Source: the human T2T-CHM13v2.0 reference genome, Homo sapiens. Taken from it: a DNA stretch of 64,000 nt. Positions within the stretch are counted from its first letter, which is position 1, and every line of letters begins with the position of its first letter. Positions 40,414-55,080 of the stretch are shown here, piece by piece. A program made the translations under genes and the position numbers. Under the pieces are notes generated by a model that saw nothing but the letters and a program-made list of their open reading frames with translations, was not told the DNA's origin and did no database searches. The stretch lies in assembly GCF_009914755.1 (NCBI RefSeq), contig NC_060925.1. One strand, given 5' to 3'.

Positions 40414-41209
40414 ATTGGCAACACTCCCAGGTAGAACTCTGCTTTTATAATAACTACTAAATCTTCATGCTGTTAAGGAGTTTATTTTGTTAATATTTAT
40501 TTGTCACTACCAAACTTAGAAAGAAAAAGGAGAGTAAAGAGTAACTAGAAAAATATCTACAAACTGTCTATTGTCAGACAATAACTGATTTTTCTCTTTC
40601 CCAGCGAAGTAAACATTGGTCCTGAGTCTTTAGGAAGGAGATGGAAATTAGAGTTATAGAAATTATTGGAAGGAATTTTTCCACAAGTTAATAGTGAGGG
40701 AAAAATAACTTAAAGTAATGTATTTATAGTTAATTATAAATGTAAATATAATTAATCATAAATATGAGTATCTGCATGTGAATACATGTGTTTCCTCCCA
40801 AGAGCTGCATACTTCTTGGGTTACTTAAGGAGTAAAAGCATACTGGGTATTTTCCAGATTAGAAACCAGCAGCTGGAGTAGGAGCATCAACTCCCACTCA
40901 AAAACAGTTCTTTATTCCCTTCCATTCTAGTGAAAACCCTCCCCCAACTTCTAACATTTCTCTTTGAATTCTTTTTTCTTTTTTTTCTTTTTTTTTTTTC
41001 CCATGGAAGGAAAATTGTGTCTTCTGGAAGCATTCTCACGGGTTAGAGTAACAGCCAAAATTTCTCACTGCTGCCTTCTGTAGGCCCTTGAAATCTCCAA
41101 GACAAGCAAAGCCAACAGTGAAGGTTTTTGTTTGTTTGTTTGTTTATGGCTCAGTGATCTCATCTTTTCTTTGATCAGGACATGGTGACAGTGGGACTTT
41201 GAGAAGTAC

Positions 41210-41421
41210 TAAGCTATGAGGACGCAAGGGCATAAGAATAATACAATGGACTCTGAAGACTTGGGGGGAATGGTGGGAGGGGTCGAGGGATAAAAGACTA
41301 CAAATAGGGTGCAGTGTGTACTGCTTGGGTGATGGGTGCACCAAAATCTCACAAATCACCACTAAAGAACTTACTCGTGTAACCAGACACCACCTGTACC
41401 CCAATAACCTATGGGAAAAAA
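41210..41421 (+). mobile_element. L1PB-type 3' end (about 210 bp)
   Basis: taagctatgaggacgcaagggcataagaat...gggtgatgggtgcaccaaaatctcacaaatcaccactaaagaac; short TSD aagtac. Confidence 0.9.
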
Positions 41422-42789
41422 GTACAGGTTGTATTGAAAGTTTTCTAGGCATCTGGACAGCTAGAAGACAATTAGGTAGAATGTCACCTGCAAACAAATC
41501 AACTGAACATTTACTTAATATACATCTGCCTTTATAAAGGGTACCTTGTAAATTGCATAGCTTTATTCTAAAATGGTATGGTTCATGTGCAGGAATTTTA
41601 TCTTATGCTTTATTTTAACATGTATTATTTTTCCCAATAGATTTCCAGATCTCCCACGTATTATAATTTGGTCTATAAAAATAAGATATTTTAATATCAA
41701 AAATGATTCAAATAATTTTTTAAATTAGTTTGAAATGTATTTATTTCCTTTTTCTTCTTTCAGTTATACCAACTTTTAAGTTTTAACTGAAATATAATTC
41801 AATATAGAAGAAAAGGATTATATTAAGTAGTGTTCATTTATACAAGTGTTTTCCTACAGTTGAAGTTGAGAAAGACTGTTAACACTTGATACTCCAGTAA
41901 AAACCTGAACATCTCTCTTAGATAAATTCTATTGCATTGTTTTATTATCCTGTTACTCTGAAATCATCTTACTACAAAAATTAATGCATTAGATATACAC
42001 ATTAAGCATATTATAAATACTTAATAGTAACCTTTTATAAATATAATCAATGAAATGAAAATAGCTATTACATAATATAAAATAAATTTATAGTTTACTT
42101 AATATAAAACAATTACAAATTAGTTATTAATTTCCCTACAGAAAAACCATTTTATCACTTTGTACTTTAATAGTTTAAATGGCTCATCTATTTACATGAC
42201 ATTAAAAATAATAACTATGTAAAAAGTTATGAATTATTAAGAATTTATCACATTCATTCATTAATCAACTATTGATAGGCTATTTGGTTTCAAGTATTAT
42301 ACAGTTATAATTTAGAAAATGACACGTTGATAATTATAACGTAGTATACTTGTACACTTGTACTTTACAGTTTTGAGAGAATTTTCACCTCCAGTATTTT
42401 ACTGGAGTCTCAGAATAACCAAGTGAATTTCAAAAAAAAAAAAAAAAAAGTCTGGGACCAAAATCTATGATCCTTTCCTCTAGTACGTCAGTCTAACTCT
42501 CTATTGAAAACCCCCAAATGTTGAGAAAATCCCATGGAAATAATATCCCAACTAGATGATAATATTATTTAGGCCATACTTTCTTTAACTTTTCTGCAGG
42601 ATAAAAAGTTCTATACACTTGGGAAAGGATAGGACTACATAATGTAACCCTTAGGAGCTAGGTTTCAGTTAATTGCAAAGTCTATTTTCTACTGTTTTCT
42701 ACATGGTGTCATAGAAGTTTTATCTGGTTAAAAAAATGGGAAAAATGATTTAAGAGTGCATTTACTGCCTCAACATTCATAGCACGCAG

Positions 42790-42925
42790 GAGTGGAAATA
42801 ACACTAAGCTTGAAGTCAATCGACTTGGATTTGAATCCTCTTAAACACTTGCCAGCTCTGATATTGGGCAAGTCACCTAACCAGAGTTTCCAACCTCTGC
42901 GGAAAAGATTGTTGCTCTTAATAAT
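42790..42925 (+). mobile_element. MIR SINE
   Basis: acttggatttgaatcc...gatattgggcaagtcacctaacc. Confidence 0.7.
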
Positions 42926-43141
42926 AATGATGATGGCAATGATTATGATAGTTTTGTATTTATTGAGCACTTCCACTCAGAAGTCATTTGTCTTGATGTT
43001 TAAAATAAATACCATTGATTAAAACCTATTTCACAGTAATTTTGAGAGTATGTCTATCATATACTTATGTAATGTATGTCGACATACATACATCTAGTGT
43101 TACGAGATCTGAAGGTGTAGTTTTAAAATAAAACATTGGTT

Positions 43142-44862
43142 ACTAAAGTTGATATGGAGACAGAAAAGACCCAGAACAGCCAACACAATATTGAAGGAGA
43201 AGAACAAAGTTGGAGGACTGACACTACCCAACTCCAACACTTACTATAAAGCCATTATAATCAAAGCAGTGTGATATTGATGGAAAAATAGACAAATAGA
43301 TCAATGGAACAGAATAAAAAGCCCAGAAACAGACTCATATTTATATAGTCAACTGACCTTCAACAAAGGAGCAAAAGCAACATAATGGAGAAAAAATAAT
43401 CTGTTCAACAAATGGTGTCCAACAATTGGACATCGACACAGAAATGATTAAATCTAGACACAGACCTTACACCCTTCATAAAAATTAACTCAAAGTGGAT
43501 CATACACCTAAATGTAAAATTCAAAACTATGAAACTTTTAGAATATAACAGGAGAAAATCTACATGATGTTGGGTATAGCAATGACTTTACAGATATAAT
43601 ATCAAAAGCAGAATCCATGAAAGAAATAATTGATAAGTTGGACTCCACTGAAATTAAAATTTTCTGTTCTCCAGAAGACACTGTCAAGAGAATGAGAAGA
43701 TTTCTTACAGTTTGGGAGAAAATATTTGCAAAAGACATATCCAAAAGAAACATTGACTTTTTTTTCCTAATAAAAGATGGTTATCTAAAATATACAAATA
43801 AATCTCAAAATGCAACAATCAAAAATGAACAGCTAGATTAAAAAATGGGCAAAAAAACCTGAACAGACACCTCACCAAAGAAAATATACACATGGAAAAT
43901 AAGCATATGAAAAGATGCTCAACATCATATATCATCAGTAATTTTAAAATTAAAACAACAATGAGATATTATACACATCTAATAGAATTGGAATGGCAAA
44001 AATCCTAAACACTGATAACACCAAATATTGGTGAGGACATGAAGCAACAGACATTGATTGCTGGTGAGAGTGCAAAATGGTACAGTCACTTTAGAAGACA
44101 GTTTGGGAGTTTCTTACAAAACTCAACACACTCTTACCATATGACCCAGCAATCATGCTCCTTGGTATTTACCCAAATGAACTGAAAATGTATGTCCACA
44201 TAAAAACCTGTATATGGATGCTTATAGCAGCTTTATTCATAATTACCAAAAGTTGGAAGGAAGCAAGATGCCCTTCAGGAGGTCAATGGACACATATCCT
44301 TTGATTCAGACAGTGGAATATTGTTCAGTGCTAAAATGAAATGACATATGAAGCCATCTAAAAAGACACAAAGGAACATTAGATGCATATTACCAAGGTA
44401 AAGAAGCTAATCTGAAAAGGCTGTGTACTATATAATTCCAGCTATATGACATTCTGAAAAAGGCAAAGTTATGTAAACAGTGAAAAGATCAACAGTAGTC
44501 AGAAATTAGGGTAGAGGGAAGGATGAATAGGTGGAGTACAAAGGATTTTTAGGTCAGTGAAACTATTCCGTATAATACTATAATGGTGGATGCATACATA
44601 CTGTTATATATATATGTTAAAACCAATAGAATGTACAATACCGACAGTGAACCCCAACATAATGACATTGGGTAATAATGATGTGTGAATGTAGGCTCAT
44701 TGATGGTAACAAATATACTGCTCTGGTGCAAGATGTTAATAGTGGTAGGGACCGTGCATATGTGCTGAGGGTATACAGGAACTGTGCATTTTCTGCAAAG
44801 GTTTGCTGTAATTCTAAAACTGTTTTGAAAAATAAAATCCATTTAAAAATTAAAATAAAATA
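43142..44862 (+). mobile_element. L1MC1/2-type LINE-1 3' portion (ORF2 end and 3'UTR)
   Basis: gaacaaagttggaggactgacactacc...; 3'UTR gggtaataatgatgtgtgaatgtaggctcattgatggtaacaaatatactgctctggtg; A-rich end. Confidence 0.9.
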
Positions 44863-45489
44863 AAATTTTTAAAAAGTGTTGACAATATGATTGAAGTCAT
44901 TTTTAAGTGTTTTAAATTTGTTGGTTATATTAAATCTTTTCCCCCATGTCTGCTCAGTGTATAAATTCACATATCATTGCCTTTCCTTTCTGATTTGTCA
45001 CACTCCCCCTATACATTTCTTACACTCTTCTTCTCTCATTTACTTCACGATGCCTGAGGCATATGTAGAATTGTAGTCTGTGGTTCAAGTTAGGAAAGGT
45101 ACTAGATTTCATTGGAAAGTACTTACTTCCATTCTTCCTTCCCCATTTCAAGGCCTTGTTTGATAAATTATCAATCAGTCTTTTATAGAATTATAATTCC
45201 CAGTAGGCAAAATGGAAGTTATATTATTAGGAGACAATGTACAGGTAGGACCCTTGAGTTATCTCTGAGCCAACTTACTGCCTGATTTATACATCACTAA
45301 AAGATCATAATGTCAATCCAAATTTAGTTTCAATGTCAATGCCAACTTTAGTTTTCTTCTCAGTATCAATATTAGAAGAAAGAAATGGTTTTCTCTTTTA
45401 AAGCTTTAATCAAACAAATTTAAAAGACACCATATTTTGGAGAATTTAGAATACTTTTTGCTATATGATTTATAGATGGATTTTTTAAA

Positions 45490-46335
45490 TGTTTTATTAA
45501 TTTAACACATTTTTATTGATGCTCTGCCATTTGCTAAAATCTGGGGATATGGTGAAGCACAAGAGAGACAAGTTTCCTGCTTTTGTGGAACATGTTTTCT
45601 GGTATGAAAGAAAAATAAAAAGCATGGAAACACAAGAGTACACAAATAATGACAATATAATGAACACTTGGAAAGAAAGATATCAAATAATCAAGAGAAT
45701 CCAATTAGATGGTATGATTAGGGAAAATAGGTCAGAGAAGGTAACATTTGGACTGAGACCAGTAGAATTAAAATGAGCACACCAAATAGAAACTGTGGTA
45801 ATGGGCATTCTTGGAAAAGAAAAATGATACCCTGGTGCAAAAACAGTTTGCATGAAAAAACACAAAGTGGCCCAGTGTACCTGAAACAGAATGAGCAAAG
45901 GAAGAATTCATGTAGTGAAATCAAGGAAATAGAATGGAGTCATCAAAAACCTTACAAACCATAGGAAAACTTAAGATTTAATCTAGCACATTAGGAATTC
46001 ATTGAAGGATTTTACATGAAGGAGTAGTATGATCTGATGTATGTCTTAAAATGTTTATACTGGTGGTTGTATTTGAAATAAGGATAAACAATGGACTACT
46101 AAAAAACAATTAGTAGACTACCACATCGGTCGAAGGGAGAACTAATCAAGACTTGGACTAGAGAAGTGATAGTGGAAATAGAAAGAATTGAATGTATTTA
46201 AAATATCTGTTGGAAATAAAGTGAATAGGATGTGTTGCAGATTAGATGTTGGGGGTATGGAAAGGAAATTATCAGATAAAACAACTAGGTATTTGTCAAG
46301 TAGGCAGTTGGATATGAGTCTGGTTTGGGCACAAG
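45490..46335 (-). mobile_element. L2 fragment (probably continues at about 47735-48190)
   Basis: tttattgatgctctgcc...aagtttcctgc; gaaggattttacatgaaggagtagtatgatctga; gtcaagtaggcagttggatatgagtctgg. Confidence 0.75.
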
Positions 46336-46339
46336 GTTG

Positions 46340-46540
46340 TCCACATAGAGATCTGTGGTTCATAGTGAACACTGCATTGCCATCCTGGAATGTTTGGAAA
46401 TTGTATGTGGGCATTACTTAGACGTCACAATGATTTGGGGGGTTCTATTGACATTTGGCTGTCAGTGGCTGAGAATGCTAGATGACCAGCCGTGGTGTAC
46501 AAAAATTTGGAAAAACAAATTATCGGCCCATGTCCTACAC
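46340..46540. mobile_element. MER20-family (hAT) DNA element fragment
   Basis: gtttggaaattgtatgtgggcatt...gtcacaatgatttggggggttctattgacattt. Confidence 0.5.
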
Positions 46541-49500
46541 AATATTTCAATGTTCTCTCCAACTGAATACCTTGTAAAGATAAATTGGTAGTAGTTAATT
46601 GCATGATAATTCTTTTTTATTCAGCAAGCAGTTACATAAGAAGCCCAATAACTTATAAAAAAGATAGTTAAGGAGAAGGAAAGCAAATATATTGTCTTAA
46701 AATCATGAAATAAATTTGTGTACTCTGTTTATCTGTCTCGTACTTGATGTATTCTTGCATTTCCAACCATATATTTAGTGGTAACACATTTCAGTGCTGT
46801 AATGCAGCTATTAAAAATCAGTAGTTTTAGTGCTGTAATGTAGCCCTGATGTAACAGATGAAACCCCTTGCAACAGACTCAGAACCAAATGTTAATTAAA
46901 ATAGTGCAGATGTATTAAGGAATGTCATTAATAAAACTTTAAAAAGATATATCACTGCCAAGATAAGAAATGACTAAAGTGAAAATAACATGGAAATGTT
47001 ATATTTGTCTTGGGGCTGCCTATTGTTTCTCAGACGTTCTGTCCCCAGAGGTGTAACACAACTTCTCTATATCCTCTTATATTTCTGCTTCTCTTTCTAT
47101 CTATACTCTAGTCCCTGTTGCCCATTGAAGTAGAGTCCTGTGTCTCCTTAAGTACCAGAGACTAAATGTAGGCTTCCATTTGTGGTAGAATTTTAAGAGA
47201 GAAAGTATGTTTGAAATTTTGAGATACTTTATCACTACTTCATACCATGCAATAACATAGGAATTATTTTGGTACTAAGAAAAAAGTTCCTTAAGAGAAT
47301 ATCAAACTTTCTTATTGGTTCCACTTCAACGGTCTGAAATTTACCTTGGCCACTTTTCTTATTCCCATTATAGTTATTTTCTTCCCATATACAATTGAAT
47401 TGTATTTATTATAACATTCTAAACTAGATTTTATTCTCAAGCCCATTTCTACCTCTCTGCACCTTTTTTTATATTTGTTTGCTTCTTGTATATAATGGCT
47501 TTTGATTGTCTCACTTATACATTCATTATAAATAGGTACAAACATTACCTATGGGTATGTCTACTAATAAAGACATTTCTAAAAATTTACATGTTAAATC
47601 ATATTATTTTATTGTAAATTAATTTCCTTTTATTTTTTCTTTGAGTTAGGCTGCTATATTGACTTTTTTTCTAATCATGTCTCTAAGTAATTTACAGTAT
47701 TTGTAAATTTTATGTGGGGATAGTAAAGATGGCAGTGTAATAAAATATTTTATATAACAGAAGGCCTTAGATCCAATAGGAATGAGATCCACTGATATAA
47801 GTATTATTTTAGCCAGCCAACTAGATGAGATCATCCAGGAAATGGCATAGCCAGAAAGGAGGAGGGGGCATGGCACTTGGCTCTAAGTTACTCTAACATG
47901 TAGGTTGTGGGTAGAAGAAGAGAGGCAAAAGTGAGGAGCAGGAGTAGCTAGTGACGAAAGAAAGAAACAGAAGATATTGGCATCATGGAAGCCAACAGAG
48001 AGAAGTATTTCAGAAAAGAAATGGGATCTCCTTTGTTAAAGGCTGCTGAAACTTTAAAGATAGAGACAGAGTAAAGTCCTTAGCATTTGGCAAAATGGTA
48101 GCTATTGATGACATTAAGAGGAGTTTCAGTGGAAAAGTGGGAAAGTAAGGTTGTAGTAAGTTAACAGTTAATTGGAGGTAAAAGCTGAGAATTTTTTTTC
48201 TTACAATGAAAATAAGAATTGTATGTAGTGAGGATTTCAGAACAGAAGAAGTATCTTTTATGAGAGATATTACAGGAGATTAACAAGAAAAATGATTAAA
48301 TTTTAACAGCAGAGTCTTCTGATTCTTTTGATTACACATTTAGCTTATAAAAGTATATTTGTTATAAACAGTATAATAACAAAAATATTTAAGATAGTAA
48401 AATTTTAAATCCTGGTAAAATAGGCACGAATATCAAAATAGTTGATGAGAAGCTTGAAATTGAAATAAGAAAAAGAATCCCTGGCACATAGCGGGTACTC
48501 AGAGTATATTTTTAAATGAATAAATAGATTATTTGTAAAAGACTGATATATTGCTGTTCTTTGGAAAGGGGTGTAAATAAAAACATTAGCTTATGTTAGG
48601 TGTTCCTAGACTTTCTGTTGGGGCTATATTTAACTTTACTACTTAAAAGAAAGAACACTAAGTCCTCTTTTTTTTTCTCTCTCTCTCTTCAAAGAACCAG
48701 TAAGTACTTGATGGGTATTTTATTAGTGATCTATGTAAACACCATAGCTTAAATATTAAAACATTACATAGAAAATCATCTGTCTATTTAAAACTGAAAG
48801 TGAGAAAAATATCTAATGACATTTGTTTTGAAGCACTTCACTAAGATTTTAGGTGAAATATTTTAAGTTCTTGTCATAACAATGTAAAATATACAATTTT
48901 AGTGGATTTTTTGCTCAATGTAATTTTCACTTTAGGCAGAATGACTCAAAATACACTGATAAAATTGTCTTTCCTAACAAGGCAATTGCTGTTGATCATC
49001 ATAGTGCAGCCTCAGGGAAGATGGCTTTTTAAGATATATGTGTGCTTGAAGTTATTTTAATAGGTAATGTCAATGTAAGCTTGGAAAATGGAGGCTACAC
49101 TGAAAATTGGTTGAAGATGGGGAGTCCTCTAAATATGCTTTTGTCATACTTTGGAGACAATAATGCAAAAGCTAACATAGTAGTGGGCTACGTTAAATGT
49201 ATGTGAACAGAAAGTCTTCCCCTGAACAGTAATTCACAAGTCACTTTTCCCAAATACCAAGTAGTTTATCAGCAAATGGCTTTAGTTAGGTCACACTGAA
49301 ACACTTGGGCCTGTTTTAAATTACGTCACTTGTCATGGCCTCCTAATATCCACCATTGGTTGGGTGATCAGTAGTAGTAGGAGAGAGAGGTATAGAGGGT
49401 GAGAATCAACCAAAATTAAGGACTCTGATGAAATTGAACATATTACAATTCTATGATCTTTTAATATGTATTGCACTGAAGGTCTTTCAATCCAAATTAT

Positions 49501-52500
49501 AGAATCTGTTCACCATATGCTGCACACTCTCTGGAATTCTCCACATGGAAACAACCAATTTATTTCTAAGAGAAATTTGACTTAGACTATTTTTGGGCAG
49601 ATTTTGCAGTGTTTTTGTGTGTTTAGTCCAACGAAATTGTTAAAGCTATAATTATTTTTATGGAGAAGGCTAACTACCCAAACACAGGAAAAAATAATTT
49701 TCTCAAAGCCTATTTGAAAACTATAATGAAAAAGTTAAATATTTTATGATAAAATAATAATAATTCTCATCCTACTATGTGTAGATCCTACAATAATAAC
49801 TCAATTTTTTTCTTTGCTAAAATTGCCACACTTAAAAGCATTTCTGAAAACACGTACCATCTTTTCTAACACTGGCATTTCAAATGTCTCTTTTCCATCC
49901 ATGGGATCACAGGCATGCCATCCATCACTGGATACTCCTTGATCTTAAGAAGTTTTCTCTCTCGTGCTCTCTCTCTCTCTCTCTCTATTTGACTATTTCA
50001 CTAAGGAGTACTATGCTCTAGCATATAATGTACTACATCTTTAAAATTTCTTAATTTCATGATTTCACATGATTTAAAACACATTAGTTCCTTTTTTTAG
50101 TTTTTTAAGTTTCAATTTTCTGTAGCTTATGTTCATTTATAATGAGTGATAGCTGTATTTACAAACACTCTAGAGACTATAATCCATTATATTTAGAATG
50201 GTAAATTATTTATACATCTATTCTGGAGAGTATTTTGATTTTTCTTTAAATAATCATTTTTTTCTGAAATAGAAAGCATATTATCTTCTGTTGCTATGCT
50301 ATTGTTTCAGTTTATGTTTAGATTTTCAATTTCAGTCTTCATGATATTTTTGGTGGTGAAGGGTTTCAGTTTTGAAAAAGTGATGAGGTAATGTCTTTAT
50401 TTTTTAATCAGCGTCTCCTCCATTCCACTCTTTTCGATGTTTCTGCCTCCTTGAATAGTCCTTGATAAAATGAAACTTTAATCATCATTCAGTTTGTAGT
50501 TTTTCCTAACAAACACTACCTTTTTAAATTAAATGTTATATGCACTTTGCAAATCCAAGCTTATGTAATATTTGGAAAGACTTAGAAATCATCTGTCCAA
50601 TCTCCTCAGTTAGTGGATGGGAAAAGTAAGCTTCCCTCAAATCCTAAGGTGAAATGATTGCTTCAAGATCATAAAACTGGCTAACACATAGGGTATTTCT
50701 CAAAATTAATTTCCAAAAAGATTATATGTTTCATTAACTAAAAAAAAATCCCTGAACATTTGTTCAATAAAACAAAAACATTTTAAACAAAATGAAAGTC
50801 AATTCATTACAGATGCATAAACTATTAAGAAAATAAAATTATTTCAAACATTTATATAAACACATAAGCTTGACATTTTCATTTTAATTAATAATTTCAA
50901 CATTCTTGTCTTTCTAAAAGTTTACAGGAGCATTTGACTAGTTGCGTTCTTAAAAATGCTTTTGGCTACTTTTGCAGCCAAATCATTACCTAACCACCTC
51001 TACTTCAGCCATGATCAGGTGAATAATCTTTGTACACTTGGACTGCATTTTGAAGGTATGTTTATACTGAGTTGTCATGTTACAGGATACAGATAACAGG
51101 TCCATATGAAACTCAGAATAGTACTTTAATAGATATGCTACTTGCTATAAACAAGTAGCTTTAAATTGAGATAGATTTTTTTTGCCTTACAGTCAATCAA
51201 GAAAAAAAATTATATAGGTACTCACCACTTAATTTGGTCTAAAAAAAGAATAAATTTTCAGGCACTGTCTGTATTATAAAGTTCCATTGCTACCTCTTTA
51301 TTTCCATGTAACATGTTAATCATTTTGTTCTGGGTTTGAAATAGATTCTTTAGTATGTAAATATTTCAAGCCTTGGTATAGCATTTCAGAAATGCTCTCA
51401 AATGTAGAATTTCACAGATCACTAAAAAGCTGTGATTTAATTTTTACAAATAGTGCAACATAAATTTAATTCATCTGGGTGCTGGGTGGCTTAGTGCATG
51501 CTTATCTAGTTATAGTATTTGGTGAGTAGCAATGTGAATTTTATCAAGTAAATGATCTTCGGGTTGCAGAATGGTCTCCGTTATGGAAGCAACATAAATC
51601 TGATAGCTGCATAGACTAAGGGCAGAACCAACAATGAAATATACATATTAATCCCTGAATCATTTTCTGAAATAAAATGTTAGAGTGTTTTATCTTTAAT
51701 CATAACTGGGAAATTTTAATATATTAAGTTCAATGGACAACAAGTGAATGCAGAAATAGCAAGCTATATTACAGGTGTGTTTTTAACAGTCAACAGTTTG
51801 GAAGGAAAACAGGAAACTCTTACTGCTGGTCTACTGTTGATGTATGTCATTATTTTTACAAACAAGGAAGACTGTAGCTAGTTTATTTGACCTATTGTCT
51901 AGGTAAGACCACATGTCTTAACTGCTCCATTCGAAATTTCTCCCAAAGAAGATATTGCTTTGTCTCACGCAACTCTTCACATTATACCATGTCAATCTGA
52001 TGGCTTGATTTATTGTATTTCTCACCACTCTTATTTTTGCTATCTAGTTTTACAGAAATACAATTATCATTTAAATTATAGATTTATTGCCTAAACACTG
52101 GAAAATAAATTTAAAGCCATTAAAAACACAGAAGCAAAAACTGTATTATTTAACAGTAGTTAAAAATCCTTAGTTGGATATATTGACTGCATCTTGCCAC
52201 TCGGAACTTTCTGTAAAAGGTTAAAAAAATTAACTTTAAAATGTTCCTACCAACTTCTTCAGTTGCATTTGGACATTTGTTAAAAAAAGAAACTAGGGTT
52301 TTTTTCCCCCTTTTTAAAACAGCAACTTTGATAAAGCAGATAAAAGTGAATGCTAGGTTGTTTATCAAGTGCGTATTTTAAAATCTTAGCTTTGTTTATC
52401 TATAGTAGTTTCTTTGGAGACCATTATAAGAAGTGGCTACCCAATGCACTTTAATCTTTCTAGTTTGTGATATGGTTTAACTGGATGTAAGATTAAGCTA

Positions 52501-53300
52501 TATCATTCTAGCTTTACATCAGTAAATACCTGGTAAGAATTAGCCTTGTACATAAATAGCTTAGAATTTAACCCTTTCTATATAATGTTACTTCAAAACT
52601 GTGATGGGTTTTTCCACATATCAAATGTAAAATATAATGAGTAATTTAGGCTTGTTTAGCTTAATTTCTAATCATAGATATTTAAAAATATATGAAGGAC
52701 TAAACTTTGACAGCTAGCAATTTTAACTATCAGAAAATTGTAACATACATTTTACATTTCTGCTTCCTTGATTTATTGATTCATTTCTTCAAATAGCCAT
52801 TCTCAAACGCAGGTAGCTTAACTGACCTTTCAAAGGCCAGCATTTATGCTGTATAATTAAGCTTGCAGACTAGATACTTTGTTCTGAATGTGACTATAAT
52901 GCTATGAGCTTAACCAGTAAGCTCTTCGAGAGTTAGAAAGAGCTCCAATAATCAGCATCCCTCCCAATTCAGAATATTACATCCTATAAAAAGATTATTT
53001 ATTATCTGTATGTACACTGAATATATCTATCTCAGCTTTCACATAAGAACCTTTGGAGTAAAGTAATCTAATAGATTTATTATGCCCATCCTAAATATTT
53101 ATTCAAGGTTCAACAATCCTGATTCTTTTAAACTTTTCTCTATTGCATTTTTTTTCTAGGATATCTTCATTCTGGTTATACTTCTCCAGATAAATGATAG
53201 TTCAGAATTATGTTTCAAAACGCTTTAGAGGAGATTATGTTGTAGAAAAAATGTATTATTTGTTATATTCCCTTAGCGATGGAATATAACTCTTCCTTTA

Positions 53301-53396
53301 ATTGAACAGTATGTTAAAGTAATTGAATTTTCTCATTAATATTCCTATTGAACCATATGTTAAAGTAATTGAATTTTTTCATTAATAATTCTATTG
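53301..53396. repeat. 46-bp tandem duplication (2 copies)
   Basis: attgaac..tatgttaaagtaattgaatttt.tcattaata.t.ct repeated at 53301 and 53347. Confidence 0.92.
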
Positions 53397-54444
53397 TATA
53401 AGAAAACATCGTTCCTATAACACTTAAATTCCAGTGTGGCAATACACTGACAAATAATGTGACACATCAAAGAATAATGTGAAAACAAAATGTATATCTT
53501 TGATGTCACTCATTCAAGATAATACATTGAAAGCATAGAATGGTGAACAAGATCATCCAAATCATTTAAATTTTATTTTTCTATTCCATGAAAACTTTGA
53601 ATAAGACCCCCAAAAATATCTGAATGTATATTTCATATCAAATATGACACCTTGAGGAGCTGTTATTGCAACAACGCACTCAATGTTTAAAACAAAATCA
53701 AAATGCCTCAATGTAAGTGTAGTCCTTCTCCTACTTTAGTGAGGTACCTTATATTTTCTATATCTCTCTCCAATAAATTTATTCTCCTACTACTTCCCCC
53801 AGATCTCTGAAAAATAGGACATATTAACCCCTTATTTTTCCTCAAGGCCCTGTCAAACGATCACGCCAACATAATAACAATTTTTAAAAAGGACTCCCTT
53901 TTAATATGTACACCTTTTTGAATATACACTTATGTATCTTACACCATCATTTCATTATTTGCATTACATCATCATTTCTTTAATTATTTGCATAGTATTT
54001 ATCTTAACATCTAATTAATTGTTTTACCTCTAACCTTGTCTGTGCTCTGACAACAATTTTAAATGTTAAATATACCTGTTAAATACCAGAGGGATGAAGA
54101 TGATGAATTAAATACAACCTGTTTTTATATTCCTGTCAAGAATCCCACTAAGATAAAAATAAGGGGATTTTTCAATGTGAACACATATAGGACAAAGATA
54201 AGTAGAGTAGACACCATCACAACTGTACTTTGGGAGACAGAAAGCATACGAACAGATAGTAACTGATTTAGCAATCTGGGAAAGACTGAACTCTTAACTC
54301 ATGGCAAAAATCCAAGAAACAACCTTATCTATACATAGAATACCATTAAAAAATTAACAATTTGTAGTGCCAGTTTTCTGATGGAAATGAGGGCAAGGTG
54401 GATTAAAACAAGGATGAGTAGTTGGAAACTTTAAGCAACAGTTA

Positions 54445-55080
54445 AAACCATACACCCATTAGGATGGCTAAAATTATAAACATGGATAATAACAGGTGTT
54501 GACAAGGATGTGGAGTACCTATAAAATGGTCCAATCACTTTGAAAAACTGATAGTTTCTTAGAAATGTAATCTTACACATCTAGTATTTATGGAATGGAA
54601 ACAAAAGCATATGTCCACATAAATATTTATAAACAAATGTTCACAACAGCTTCATTTGAAATGGTCAAAAATTAGAAACACCTCAAGAGTCCACTTATAG
54701 TTAAATGAATAAAATAAAGGACGTACATTTATACCATGGAATAATATTCAGTAATAAAAGAAGCAAATCATTGTAAGCACAACAACATGGATAAGTCTCA
54801 AAATCATTATTCTGAAAGAAGCAAGACACAAAAGATTACAAGCTGTATTACATTTATATAAATTGCAAAATTGTCTATAGTAGTTGCCTGGGGTAAGGAC
54901 TAAAGTAAGAATTGACTTCAAGGGATGTGAGGAATATTTTGCGGGTGATGGATATATTCTGTATATTGATTGTGGTTGTGTGGTCATGAGCAAATATACT
55001 ATCAAAATTTATTGGGTTGTATACTTTCAATAGAAGATTTATTGCATGCCTGTTATTCCTCAATAAAATCAATGAGTAAA
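54445..55080 (+). mobile_element. L1ME-type 3' end nested in the older LINE
   Basis: acacccattaggatggctaaaat...acaacatggataagtctcaaaatcattat...gggtgatggatatattctgtatattgattgtggt...cctcaataaaa. Confidence 0.8.
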
